Positions 11,785 to 25,338 of a DNA stretch of 64,000 bases are shown here, in pieces (the first letter of the stretch is position 1; each line of letters starts with the position of its first letter). A program made the position numbers and the translations under genes. A model generated the notes under the pieces. The model saw nothing but the letters and a program-made list of their open reading frames with translations. It ran no database searches and was not told the DNA's origin. This stretch comes from the human T2T-CHM13v2.0 reference genome, Homo sapiens. Location of the stretch: assembly GCF_009914755.1 (NCBI RefSeq), contig NC_060926.1. The stretch is one strand, 5' to 3'.

Positions 11785-12359
11785 AATCCCTAGTACTCCA
11801 GCTACACTGAGCCTAGTCTTGGCTACTGGCCACCTCAAAACTATATGTCTCTATCTGAAAAGGTACAGGGAAAGACCATATAAATGTTTCTTGAGATCCC
11901 TGTCATCGCTACCACCAACACACAGCACATGGCAGAAGGGCCTGACGGATGACATTTGGCTGCACATTGGAAGGGGTTACAAATGCCATGAAAAGCCCTT
12001 GTTTTTCTCTAGCATAGCCCTAATGCCCTTCACAGTTGAATTGCTTCTCCTCCACACCATTCCCTCTCCCTGCCTGCCAGACAAATTTGCCCACTGTTCC
12101 CTGACTCCGGACTCCTGACCCTCTCAGAGCCCAATTTCAGAGCCCCTTGAACCTAATCTTACCAGCCAAATACAATCTTTATCTCCTCCCTCTAGCCAAT
12201 CCCAGCTAGAAGGCTGTCTCCCTCCTCTGAACTACTGCCTCAATGTAAGTTAATAATCCATTTGGCCAAGAATGGCCTTCTATTGTCTTCTTAAAGTGTT
12301 ATTTTCATTTGCAGAATGACTGCATGTTAGACATACATTCAAATTATCGCCCCAAGTAG

Positions 12360-13270
12360 GTAGTAATTTTTCCATTGTTACAATCAATGCTGTGATGAAC
12401 ATTCTTACAATATATCTTTATGTCCTTGTATACTTTAAAACATTTCTTCAACCAGAGGAATGTTCTAAACATAATTTTAAAAGTCTAAAAGTCAAAAAAA
12501 ATTATGATGAAAATTAACAGTATCCTGGCCCACTCCCCCTGCTTCCCTGAGGCTCTTGCAATTTCTTTAGCAGTTTTTCTAGTATTTAACTGTATATATC
12601 TAAATAATTTGTTTATATTCTGCTTTCTTGATTAATCAAATTTACATCATTTACTGACTTACTACTATGGAAGATGAAAAAGGGAGCACTCTTACATTGC
12701 TACACACAAACATTTCCCCTCTCCCTGGTCTTCTAATAGATCTGAATTACAACATTTCCAAATCTGAGTCAGGTAGTATACTATGATTGCATTTGCTTTC
12801 CTGTACAATGTTTAGTTCCTCCTGGAGTCAATAACGGCCTTGATTTTATTTGCCTAGCTTGCTCAATACTTATAGTTAATTCTCTCCAGGCTTTCTGACA
12901 GAACCATAAAACCTCTCTAAATAAGGTCAATATCTTCCATTTTTTCTTAGATTTCCTTAACATAGCTGCTGCTCCCATCTGTTCTGGCTGTCTCACATGC
13001 CAAAGCACCGTTTTTCTAGTACTTCTTTCACTAACATCTTAGGGATTCATTTTGCTTTTATCTTGTGTTGGCATCTTATTTCCTGGCTCCCCTGTCAATA
13101 TTTTCTTAGTTTATTCTTTTATTTTGTTGGAACACAACCTCCAGTAGTTTCTTTGGAAAAAATGAGAGATACAAGTTTTGAAAATTTAGATGTCTGAAAA
13201 TGCTTTTATTCTACTCTCAATATTGATTGAAGGTTTGGCTGGGTATAAAATTCTATATTTATTCTTTAAA
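12360..13270 (-). mobile_element. Highly diverged L1ME-type fragments
   Basis: 'tgttacaatcaatgctgtgatgaacattctt' and 'gtctgaaaatgcttttattcta...tttggctgggtataaaattcta' are typical antisense L1M motifs. Confidence 0.5.
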
Positions 13271-13629
13271 GAGCCTTCTCACTAAAATATAGCCAGACCC
13301 TAGAAAAATTGCCTTAAATACAATTTCTATTTTTGTAATCATACTCACAAAACATAAGGAAAATGAAAATAACAAACTTAGGAAACTATTCTTTCATCAT
13401 TGAGATCTATAATTTAGGTCAAGTATTCCCAGCATTGGCTTTACACTAGAATCAGCTGTGGAACTTACTTAAAAAAAAAAAGAAAACTGATACTCCAAAA
13501 TCTGATTTAATTTGTCTGCAATAGGGATGGGTATAGTTTGTTGGTTTTTAAGGTTTTTCGTTTGCTTGTTTGTTTGTTTGTTTTTAGTGAGAGACTTCTC
13601 CCAGTCAGATGTAGAATACTGAATTTTTT

Positions 13630-15320
13630 ATGTGTGTTTTAAAATATACATAACCTAAAATTTATCATATTAGCCATTCCAGTTTGGTGGCATTAAGCAC
13701 ATTTGCATTGTTGGGCAACCATCCCCACCATCCAATTCCAGAAGCTTTTCATCTTCCAAAATGGAAACTTTGTACTAATTAAACACTGACTGTCTATTCC
13801 TCCCTTCCCCTAGCCCCTGGCCACTACCATCTTACTTTCTGTCTCTATAAATTTGACTTGTCTAGGTACTTCATATAAGTGCAATCATATAGTATTTGTC
13901 CTTTTTCGACTGGCTTATTTCACTTAGCATAATGTCTTCGAGGTTAATCCCTATGATAGCATGTGTCAGAATTTCCTTCCTTTTTAAGGCAGAATAATAT
14001 TTTATTGTATGTGTATTCCACATTTAGTTTATCCATAAAGCTACTGATAGACACTTCAGTTGCTTCCACCTATTGGCTATTGTGAATAATGATACTATAA
14101 ACATGGGTGTACAAATACCGGTTTCAGTTTCTGCTTTCTTTCTTCTGAGTACATACTCAGAAGTGGAGTTGTTAGAGTACATACAAATCCTATGTGTAAT
14201 TTTTTTTTGAGGAACCACAGTACTGTTTTCCATAGCAACTGCACTGTTTTACATTCTCACCAATGTAAAATAAACACTCCCACAGTGTTCCAATTTCTCC
14301 ATACCCTCATCAATATCTGTTATTCTTTGTTTTGTTTGTTGGGTTTTGTTTTGTTTAGGGATTTTTAGATAATAGCCATTGTAATGGGTATGCAGTGGTA
14401 TCTTATTGTGGTCTTAATTTGCATTTCCCTAAAGATTAGTAATATTGAACATTTTTCATGTGTTTATTGGCCATTTGTATATTTTTTTGAGAAATGCCTA
14501 TTAAAGTCTTTGCCTGTTTTTAAATCAGTTTTTGTTTTTGTTGGTTGTTAAGTTGTAAGAATTCTTTTTATATTCTATATATTAATTCCTTATTAGATAT
14601 ATGCTTTGCAAATATTTTCTCCCATTCCATGAGTTGCCTTTTCACTCTGTTGATAATGCCCTTTCGTACATAAAAGTTTTTAATTTTGGTGGAGTCCAGC
14701 TTATCTATTTTTCATTTTGTTGTCTATGCTTTTGGTGTCATATGCAAACAAGCACTGCCAAGTTGAAAGTCATGTAGCTTTTATACTGTTTTTTTTTTTT
14801 TTCTAAGAGTTCTATAGTTCTCACTATAATGTTTAGGTCTGTAACCTATTTTGAATTAATTGGTATATACAGTGTAAGATAGGAATCCATCTTCATTTAT
14901 TTTTGTGTAAAGATATCCAGTTTTCCCAGCATCATTTGTTGAAAACACTGTCCTTTCCCCCATTGAATAGAGTTGGCTCTTTGTTGAAAAGCATTTGACT
15001 ATGTATCCAAGGGTTTTTTTTTCTGGGCTCTCTGTTCTATTTTGTTGGTATATATGTCTGTCTTTATGCCAATACCACACTGTTTTTATTACTGAAGCTT
15101 TGTGAGAAGTTTTGAAATCAGTAAGTGTGAGACCTTCAACTTGTTCTTTTTCAAAATTGTTTTGGCTACTCAGGATCCCTTGGGATTCCATATAAATTTT
15201 AGAATAGATATTTCTATTTCTGCAAAAAATGTTATTAGAATTTTGAGAAGAGTTGCATCAAATCTGTAGATTGCTTTCACTAGTATTGATATCTTAACAA
15301 TATTAAATCTTCCAATCCAG
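13630..15320 (-). mobile_element. 5'-truncated L1MB-type LINE (3'UTR plus ORF2 C-terminal part)
   Basis: L1MB-like 3' end 'aaatatacataacctaaaatttatc...gtggcattaagcacatttgcattgttg'; ORF2-like peptide LTDFKTSHKASVIKTVWYWHKDRHIYQQNRTESPE in ORF 14856..15191(-). Confidence 0.85.
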
Positions 15321-17006
15321 GCATAGACTTAAAAATAACTCACAATAAAAGACTGTAGATAAAGCAAAGAGCTAGTGTTCTTTAATTTGTCTTTGAATTT
15401 ACCTTGTCTGCCAAGTCATTCAGCTGAAAACTTCAAAACATCTTTATTAGTAGCTTCATATGTTAATCGATGAGGATCATAATTACTTTTCTTTCTATGA
15501 TTTATCAATAAAGAATTCCTCAGAATGAATAGCTTCTAGTTGGGATTATGCGGCAGAATTAGCTAAGAGATTTTATTTTGTCTTGTATTACTGCAAAATC
15601 CTATTTACCCTATCCTTAGTACATACTGAATCGTAATTTCTAGGGATTTAAAAATAAAACAAAATCTACCTCTAGGTTAAAAAAAAATCTAAGAGCAAAC
15701 AAAAACAATCAGAAAAAAAAAAAACCCCGAAAAAATAAAAGGAAACTAGAAGAGGCAAAACATAAATAAATATGAAAGAAATAGTGACCCTGAGGGAAAA
15801 CGCCAATGTTAGCATGTGGTAGAAAAATGAAGAAATCAACCACAAAACTCAATTTGAGAAAAATAAGCACAGGGAAAACAGAAAGCACAAGGTTTAAAGA
15901 TGTCAATAATCACTACAGTCAAATCACTACTGTTAAATGATGGATATGATCAGAGTCAACTTTTTAAAAATTTATCTATGTGGTGTTGTAAAATGACACA
16001 CATAATGCATGAAGACAGAGAAAGATTGAAAGTTAAAGGATAAAAAAAGATGTTGTAAGTAAATACTTACAAATAAAAATAGCTAGGGAGCTACATCAAT
16101 AAAAGATAAAATAAACGTTGAGATGAAAAGCATTATTAAGGATAAAAAGAGTCACAACTTAATGAGAAAAAGTTTAATGTACTGGCAAGATAAAATAATT
16201 ACAAACTTGTTGGCACCTATTAGAATAAATGATAGACCCAGGGAGGAATGGAAAAATCCGCTATAAGAGTCAGCAATTTCAACACAACTCACTCAATTAC
16301 TTATGGCTGAAAGGGAATAAAAATCAATAAAGATGTATAGGATTTGAAAGATACACTGAAGAAGCTTGATTTAATGGCTATTTCTAGATCTCAGCATTCC
16401 TCAATCAGAAAATACATATACTCCTTAAGCACACATGAGTGATTTACAAAAACTGACAACATACCAGAACATGAAGTAAGCCTTAACGCAATTCAAAGAA
16501 CTGCTATCATTTCAAACTACAATCTCTAATTACAGTGCAGTTGAATTAGAACTCAATAACAAAAATATAATTATTGTAGACACACATTTCTAAATAATGG
16601 TTCAAAAAAAGAAACCATAATAGAAACTTAAAAATGATCAGAGCAGTAGAGCTCAGCTTCTAGCCAACATGGAGTAACGATGACAAGATTTACCCTTTCA
16701 CCTTACACAATCAGAAAACCAGACAAATATACAAAGCATTGGATAGCAAGCAGCACAGAACTTGACCAACTGAGAGAAGAAAAGCCAAATGTGCCTATTA
16801 TTTTACCAGCTTACTGGCTCCTGGTCAGAAGGTATGTGAGACAGAAGACAAAGGAGAGACATCATCAAGTAAGAAAAAAAAAATCTGTCAACCTAGATTT
16901 TTTACCCAGATAAGTATTGTTTTCAAAATTTAAATAAAATAAAATTTTTAGACAAAATTCGAGAGGATTCATTGTCAGCAGACCTGCCTATAAGTAAAGT
17001 TAAAGT

Positions 17007-17329
17007 GGCCGGGCACAATGGCTCACGCCTGTAATCCCAACACTTTGTGAGGCCAGGGCAGGAAGATTGCTTAAGCCCAGGAGTTTCAGACTAGCATGAG
17101 CAACACAGTGAGACTCCATCTGTACAAAAAAATTAAAAATTTAGCTGGGCATAGTGGCACGCACTTGTAGTCTCAGCTCCTTGGGAGACTGAGGTGGGAG
17201 GATTGCTTGAACCAAGGAATTCAAGTTTACAGTGAGCCATGATTGGACTACTGCACTCCAGTCTGGCTGAAAGAGTGAGACACGGTCAAAAAAAAAAAAA
17301 AAAAAAGGAAAGAAAAGAAAAAGAAAAGA
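17007..17329 (+). mobile_element. AluJ
   Basis: AluJ diagnostics 'gattgcttaagcccaggagtt' and 'gaggtgggaggattgcttga'; TSD aaagttaaag at 16996-17005 and 17660-17669 (encloses the nested AluY). Confidence 0.9.
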
Positions 17330-17736
<407 letters not shown>

Positions 17737-18583
17737 CTACAAAGGATAAAAATCACATTTTAATCTCTTGAGAAGATAGCATACTGTTTAACATAAAAAT
17801 AATAACAATGTGTTTTGCAGTTTACCCATATGTGAAGGAAATGTATAAAAATAGCACAAAGGATGAAGGAAACGGAAATATACTATTTTAAGGTTTGTAT
17901 AACTATATGTGATGTGACAGTTTAAATTACACTATGATAAGTTAAAGATGTTTATAGTAAACCACAGACAATAATTAAAACATAAAACAAAGTCATAGAG
18001 CTAATAAGCCAATAGTGGAGGTAAAATGGAATTTTAAAAAATTATTCAAAAGAATGAAGGAAAGGGAAAAGGGGGGACAAAGAGTAGATTAAATAAAAAG
18101 ACAACAAATAGCAAGATGGTAGGTTTAAGTTGAAAAATATTGGAATTTTTATTAAATATAAGTGGCTTAAGCACAGAAATTAAAAGGCAGAGACTTTTAT
18201 TAGATTTTTTTAAGCAAGACCAATTATATATTCTCTAGAAGATACTCACTTTTAATATAAAAACACAGGTTAAAAGTAAAACAATGAAAAAGATATGTCA
18301 TGCAAATACTATTCATAAAACAGCTGGAGAGGCTATTTTAATATATAGTAGACCCAATATTATCAGTGATAAAGACAGAATAAAGGGGTAAATTCATCAA
18401 GAGGACATCACAATCCTAAATGCATATGCAACTATTAGAAGAGATTCAAAATATATGAAGTAAAAACATACAATAGAACAAAGAAATAGATACATTTATG
18501 ATTACAATTGGAGATTTCAACATTCCTCTTCCAGTAATTGATAGAACAGGTAGACAGAAAATTAATAACAATATAGAAGACTG

Positions 18584-18886
18584 GGCTAGGTGCGGTGGCT
18601 CATGTGTTTAATCTCAGCACTTTGGGAGGCCAAGGCAGGAGGATCACTTGAGTCCACAAATTTGAGACCAGCTTGGGCAACATAGCAAGACCCCATTTCT
18701 ACAAAAAATTTAAAAATTAGCCGGGCATGGTGGTGTGCACCTTTAATCCCAACTACTTGAGAGGCTGAGGTGGGAGGATGGCTTGAGCCCAGGAGAACAA
18801 GCTGCAGTGAGCTATGATCACACTACTGTACACTAGCCTGAGTGACAGAGCAAGACCCTCTCTCTTAAAAAAAAAAAAAAAAAAAG
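18584..18886 (+). mobile_element. AluJ
   Basis: AluJ features; TSD aatatagaagact 18570-82 / aatacagaagact 18887-99. Confidence 0.9.
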
Positions 18887-19761
18887 AATACAGAAGACTT
18901 GAACAACACTATCAACCAACTTGACTTAATTGACATCTACAGATTACACCATCCAACTATAGCAAAAGACACATTCTTTTCAAGTGTTTATGGAACATTG
19001 ACCAAAACAGATTATATTCCGTGTCATAAAACGAATCTGCCTAAATTTAAGAGTATTGAAATCATGCAAAATTTCCTTACACAACAGAATTAAACTAGAC
19101 ATAAATAACACAAAGATTTCTGGGAAATCTGCAAATATTTGGAAACTAAACAACACATTTCTAAATAACCCAGCCTTCCATACTTCAAAGAATTCACAAT
19201 TGAAGTAAAACCATATTTTGAATTGAATGAAAGTGAAAGCACAATCAACCAAAGTGGGTGGATTACAGATAAAGCAGTGCTCTGACGGAAATTTGTAGCA
19301 TGAAGTGCTTATATATTAGGAGGAAAAGATTATAAATTAATAGTTTAAACGTCCACCTAAGAAACTAAAAAAAAATTTCAAGTTAAACCCTAAATAAGAA
19401 AACAAAAGGAAATAATAAAGAGTATAAATTAATTTTTAAAAGGGAACAGAAAAAACAATAGATATCACGAAACAAATAACTAGTTCTTCAAAATACATGA
19501 AGTAGGAATTGACACCACGACCATGGTCTCTAAACCTACCAAAGATTCCCTGGGATTATGTCCTCAAGACAAAATAAATAGATAAACAAAATAAAAAATA
19601 AACCTAACAAAGACTACAAAAAAATCTCAAACCAATGTCGTTATTCATTATATTAAACCTAAAAAAAATCCTTTATTTAGTCACTTGAATCCAGCAATGC
19701 ATCTCTAAAAAGGGTAATACAGCAAAACCAAATGGGGTTCATCCCAGAAATGTAAGGTTGG

Positions 19762-20032
19762 TGTTTACAAATGGTTCCCCAAAAGACATTTGTAGCTTAA
19801 TCCCTGTAAATTTACATTAACTTATTTGGTAAAAGGGTCTTTGCAGATGAGATTACATTCAAGACTTTGAGATGAGGGGATTATTCTGGATTATCTGGGC
19901 AGGCCCTAAATGCCATCACAACTCTCCTTATAACACAGAGGGAGATTACACACCCAGCAGAGGAGGAGGCAATGTGGCCACAAAGGCAGAGTGTGGCATG
20001 ATATGGCCACAAGTCAAGGAATGCCAACAGCC
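19762..20032 (+). mobile_element. MLT1C/D-like MaLR LTR (partial)
   Basis: 'aaaagggtctttgcagatg...gattatctgggcaggccctaaatgccatcac...gccacaagtcaaggaatgcc'. Confidence 0.8.
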
Positions 20033-20184
20033 CTCTTCAGACAACAGACCTCACGATCTGCCAGGGTAGGGGCGGGGCAGGCACTCAGTGGCACAGATTT
20101 GGAGAAGGGTCTCAGAGAGTTAATTCCCTTTTTTTTTAACTGCCTCTTAAACAGCTTTCAGAGAAGTCTTTCTATGTTAGCAAC

Positions 20185-20786
20185 TGTGAAAGAAAAATAA
20201 ATCTCAGGACCTCAAAATCACTAAGCCAAAGGGAAAAGTCAAGCTGGGAACTGTGTCAGGCAAACCTGCCTCCTATTTATTCCTAAATAAGATAGCTACA
20301 AAGATTTTTTTTTTAAGTTACATACCTCCCTTACAATTTGCCAACTAGGAAAATCCTGTGGGCCCCAAGATGTAAATGGATAGCTTATCTTCACAGGTGC
20401 AGGACAAAGGACAGAACACTAAGTCATCCCTCTGCTCGCCTGAGACAAATGCATATCTGATTGCTTCCTCTAATGTAAAAATGCAGATTCTCTGAACTAG
20501 ACATAAGTGTTCCTCTACCCAGCCCCCGCCCCACATGTAAATTGTGTATTCAGTGAAAGACTGATTAGACTCAAAAGAATGCAACTGTTTGTCTCTTACC
20601 TATCCACACCTCTTAAAAATTTCTTCCTCTTTACCCATTATTCCCTCTTTGCCCTTTAAATATTAAAGCTTTCAAAATCATCTTTGGAGAAGGCATAGAC
20701 CTGCTTGCCAGGCATGTGTCCTTAACCTTGGCAAAATAAACTTTCTAAATTGATTGAGGCCTATCTCAGATACTTTTTAGTTCACA
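20185..20786 (+). mobile_element. MER4A-type ERV1 solo LTR
   Basis: TG...CA termini; start 'tgtgaaagaaaaataaatctcaggacctcaaaatcactaagccaaagggaaaagtcaagctggg'; 4-bp TSD caac 20181-84 / 20787-90. Confidence 0.85.
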
Positions 20787-20789
20787 CAA

Positions 20790-22230
20790 CACACATTCCT
20801 TCCATCACCTCCTTCCAGAGGTTTCAATTCCCAGGTCTTTTGAAGGTCTTGTGATACAATCCAGGTGAGTTCCCAGGGTTGTAAGATTTGTCAAGTAAAT
20901 TACCACTCTTCTATTGGCTTTCCAGCTAACAGAAATGGGTTGCTCCCCACGCTGTGGATTCAGGCCTTTTAAAACAATCCCTTTACTGTAGCTTTAGAAA
21001 GATTTTGGAAAAGAGCAAAATTAAATACATGTGTTCGATTTGCCGTTCTCCGCTAAGGCTTCCATTTTTCAACTTCCGAAGCTGTGTTGACAACTTTATT
21101 CCATTGTCGTCTCCTTGTTATTTTACACTTCTCTTTTAACTTTAGTCAGTCGAGTGGGATTTTAGGAGAGGGCAGAGAGAAATCCACATATTCAATCTAT
21201 CATGTTTAACTCTCCAATTATCTGCGTAGGCTACATTCCTTCCCAGAAATGGAACTGCTGGTGTCAGAGGGCTTGCACAATTTTAAGACTCTTGATAGAG
21301 ATGGTCAAATAGTCCTCTAGGAAGTTTGTACTAATTTATACTTGAATCAGTAAGTTATGAAAGTGCAGATTTCTCTATATCCCAATAAGCATTGTGCAAT
21401 AATATTCCTGTTAAGCTTTGCAAATCTGCTAAGGAGAAAAAATATATCTCATTTTGCATTTATTTTTACTACTGAATATCAATGTATTTATTTGTTAGCT
21501 GTTAGTTTTGTGAGTTGCCTACTCATGTAATTTTCCAGTTCTTACAATTAAGCTATACATTTCTTAGTGATTTTTAAGAGCACTTTGTATAGAGAAGATT
21601 GACTCCTATATTTTTATTGCAAAAAAATTCCACTTTGATACTTTTTTCTTTTACTTTTTTCATCATAATATTTTCCACAGTATGAATTTATGCTTTTTAT
21701 GTAGTCAAACTTATCAGCATCTTACTTTACTGCTTTGTTCTAGTGTCAAGAGTAGAAAGGATTCCTATTTGAAATGTATTTTTTGTAAAAAATAAGGAAG
21801 AGAATCCAACCATATTTTTGCTTTAAAAGAATCCAACTATGCATGTGCCATTTACCAGACAGCCCACTCTTTCCCTACTTCAATGAAATCTTATCTTTAC
21901 CTTATACTAAACCCTTATAAACACTTGTCTTTGTTTGGACTTTCTATTTAATTCCACTTTTACATTTGTGTGTTCTGATGTTGGTGCCATACTCTTTTTA
22001 TTTTTATAGTTTTAAAATTCTGTATATCTTATTATCTGGAAGGGTAAGTATCTTTTCATTACTTTGCTTTTCCATAATTTTGTTGACTCTTCTTTTATAT
22101 TGAATCTTTACATAAACAGAATGTTTCTGGCAGGTTGAAAAAATCATTCAGAATTTGTGGAAATTATGTACAACCAACAGATTAATTTGAAGATAACTTA
22201 TCTATTTATGATATAGTTTTCTCACATAGA
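20790..22230 (-). mobile_element. Diverged L1ME-type fragments
   Basis: Antisense L1M motifs such as 'ccagaaatggaactgctgg' and 'gtttgtactaatttatact'; T-rich. Confidence 0.55.
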
Positions 22231-22263
22231 AATTAAATTAAATGTTATATCTCTAATTATTGC

Positions 22264-22343
22264 TATTGGGTTGAATTGCATAAAACTGCTTATATTTGAC
22301 CTTTTGACCTACAAAAACTAAAATTTTATGTTTTAACATAATA
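22264..22343. mobile_element. MADE2 (Hsmar2-derived MITE)
   Basis: 'tattgggttgaa...tttgacctacaaaaa...ttaacataata' matches the recalled 80-bp MADE2 structure with TA ends. Confidence 0.65.
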
Positions 22344-22501
22344 GTACTCAAGAAATTGTTTCTTAGAATTGTATTTTCATTCTTTCAATGGAACTCAGAT
22401 GTAGAGAATTGAATTAATCATAACCATTGGTTTATGACTCATTCTCATTGGTCCACATGTGACCTGCTTTTATGCATTCATTTATTTAGTTAAGTAGGCC
22501 A

Positions 22502-22956
22502 TGTGGTAGCTTGTCTTCAAGTCAGGTGCCATCAATTCTTCCCTTTCTTGTATCACATGTTTTTCATCCTTTGAGAGGTAGAGTCTATTCCTCCTCTTGC
22601 CTTGATTTCTGAGACTAGGTCATAAGAAGACTTGCAGCTTCTACCTGGGCCTCTCAGTGCAGTCACTCTTGGAGTCCTGAGCCACCATGTAAGAGGTCCA
22701 ACTACCCTGAGGCCGCCGTGTTGTGAGGAAGCCTAAGCTAGCCCCATGGAGAGAAAGGGAGCAACACCTGACCAATCCCAAGCTGTTTCAGCCCCAGCTG
22801 TTGGACTCATCCAAACTGAGACCCCAGCTATGTGGAACAAGATAAGCCTCTCTGTGCCCTATCTCAACTCCAGAGAATCATAAGGTATAATAACAAAGGT
22901 TATTTTAAGTCATTTGGCTTGGGATGGCTTGTTATACAGCAATAAGTAATTGAAAT
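22502..22956 (+). mobile_element. MLT1G/H-like MaLR LTR
   Basis: 'gagccaccatgtaagaggtccaactaccctgaggccgccgtgttgtgaggaagcc' and 3' 'ttgttatacagcaataagtaattgaaa'. Confidence 0.75.
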
Positions 22957-22974
22957 GGATAGTTTTAGTTAGTT

Positions 22975-23903
22975 AGTTAGCTTTAATGATTACATAAGCA
23001 TCTATGAAACCATCACCCAAAACAGAGGCTTGGGCCTTGACAATAACCTACATCTAAATATATGATCTCCCTCCATCCCATTTCCCTGCCTGTCCCAACT
23101 CAAATGAATCATCATCCATCATCCCTGTATTCATCACTTAAATATTTTCTTTTTGTATAGTTTTTCTGCATCTATATATTCATTAAAATATACATTTTTT
23201 ATTTTAACTTCATAAAAGTGGTATCATGCTGAATCTTTTGGGACTTACATTTTTCACTTAATATTATATTACTATGATTCATCCATATTGTTGTATATCA
23301 TTTTAGTTCATTTGTTTTGACTACTATGTAATATTTTATCATATGAATTTATAACAATTTATTCATCCACTCTTCCACTGATGGGCATTTAAATTGCCAG
23401 ATTTTTGATATTTGGAACACTGCTATGAACATTCTTATGCCTGTTTCCTCTGTTGTACGTGTGCAAGTTTCTCTTGAGTATATGTGTAGGATTAGCTCAA
23501 AAGGTAGGATAAACTTTAGGAGGTAGTACCAAACTGTTCTCCACATTAGTTGTATCTATTTAAATCCCCACCAGCAAGATTATGAGAAAGAGGTCCTTTG
23601 GTTGCATATCCTCTTCAACTTTTGGTGTTGTCAGATTTTCTCATTTTTGCCAACTGGATGTATATTAAAAAACATCCCATTGTGGTCTTAATTTGCATTT
23701 TCTGATCACTAATGATGCTGAGCATCTCTTCATCTATTTATGGATGATATGTTTCCTCTTATGTGAAATGTCTGTTCACAGTTTCAGGAAATTTTCTATT
23801 GGGTTGTATGTGCTTTTCTTATTAATCTATAGGAGTTCTTTATATATTCTTAATGCAAATCCATTATCTGTAGCTACTGCAAATACCTTCTCTCAGTTTC
23901 TAC
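22975..23903 (-). mobile_element. Old L1M (L1MC/MD/ME-type) 3' region; resumes at 28713 after the nested L1PA
   Basis: Antisense L1 3' motifs; the sequence continues collinearly across the TSD-bounded insertion. Confidence 0.75.
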
Positions 23904-24260
23904 TTTGTATACTTTCTTTTTATTTATTTATTTTAATTTTTATTTTAGGTTCAGGGATACATGTACAGGTCTGTTACGTAGGTAAACTTGTGTCACTGAG
24001 ATTTGTTGTACAGATTATTTCATCACCCAGGCGCTAGGTTTAGTACCCAGTAGTTATTTTTTTCTGATCCTCTCCCTCATCCCACACTCCACCCTTCGCT
24101 ATGCCTCAGTGTCTGTTGTTCCCCTCATTGTGTTCATGAATTCTCATCATTTAGTTTGTTCTTATAAGTAAGAATATGTGGTATTTGGTTTTCTGCTCCT
24201 GCATTAGTCTGCTAAGGATAATGGCCTCCAGTTCCACCTATGTTCCCACAAAAGACATGA

Positions 24261-24570
<310 letters not shown>

Positions 24571-24920
24571 ATGATCTAATTCTTTTTTATGGCTGCATAG
24601 TATTCCATAGTGTATATGTACCACATTTTCTCAATCTGTCACTGATGAGAATTTAGGTTGATTTCATGTATTTGCTATTGTGAATAGTGCTGCAATGAAC
24701 ATTCATGTACATGTGTCCTTATGGCAGAATAATTTATATTCCTGTGGGTCTATACCCAGTAATGGGATTGCTGGGTTGAATGGTAGTTCTGTTTCTAGCT
24801 CTTTGAGGAATCACCACACTGCTTTCTACATGGTTGAACTAATTTACACTCCCACCCACAGTATACAAGCATTCCCTTTTCTCTGCAACTTTGCCAGCAT
24901 CTGTTATTTCTGGACTTCTG

Positions 24921-25338
24921 TTTTTTTTTTTTATACTTCAAGTTCTAGGGTACATGTGCACAACGTGCAGGTTTGTTACATAGGCATACATGTGCCATGT
25001 TGGTGTGCTGCACCCATTAACTCGTCATTTACATTAGGTATATCTCCTAATGCTATCCCTTCTCCCCTCCCCCCACCCCCCAACAGGCCCCGGTGTGTGA
25101 TATTCCCCTTCCTGTGTCCAAGTGTTCTCATTGTTCAATTCCCACCTATTAGTGAGAACATGCGGTGTTTGGTTTTTTGTCCTTGCGATAGTTTGCTGAG
25201 AATGATGGTTTCCAGCTTCATCTATGTCCCTACAAGGACATGAACTCATCATTTTTTATGGCTGCCTAGTATTCCATGGTGTATATGTGCCACATTTTCT
25301 TAATCCAGTCTATCATTGATGGAGATTTGGGTTGGTTC
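24921..25338 (-). mobile_element. Young L1PA (about PA4-6) 3'-end fragment nested in the L1PA13-16
   Basis: poly(T) followed by 'agttctagggtacatgtgcacaacgtgcaggtttgttac...cacccattaactcgtcatttacattagg'. Confidence 0.88.
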
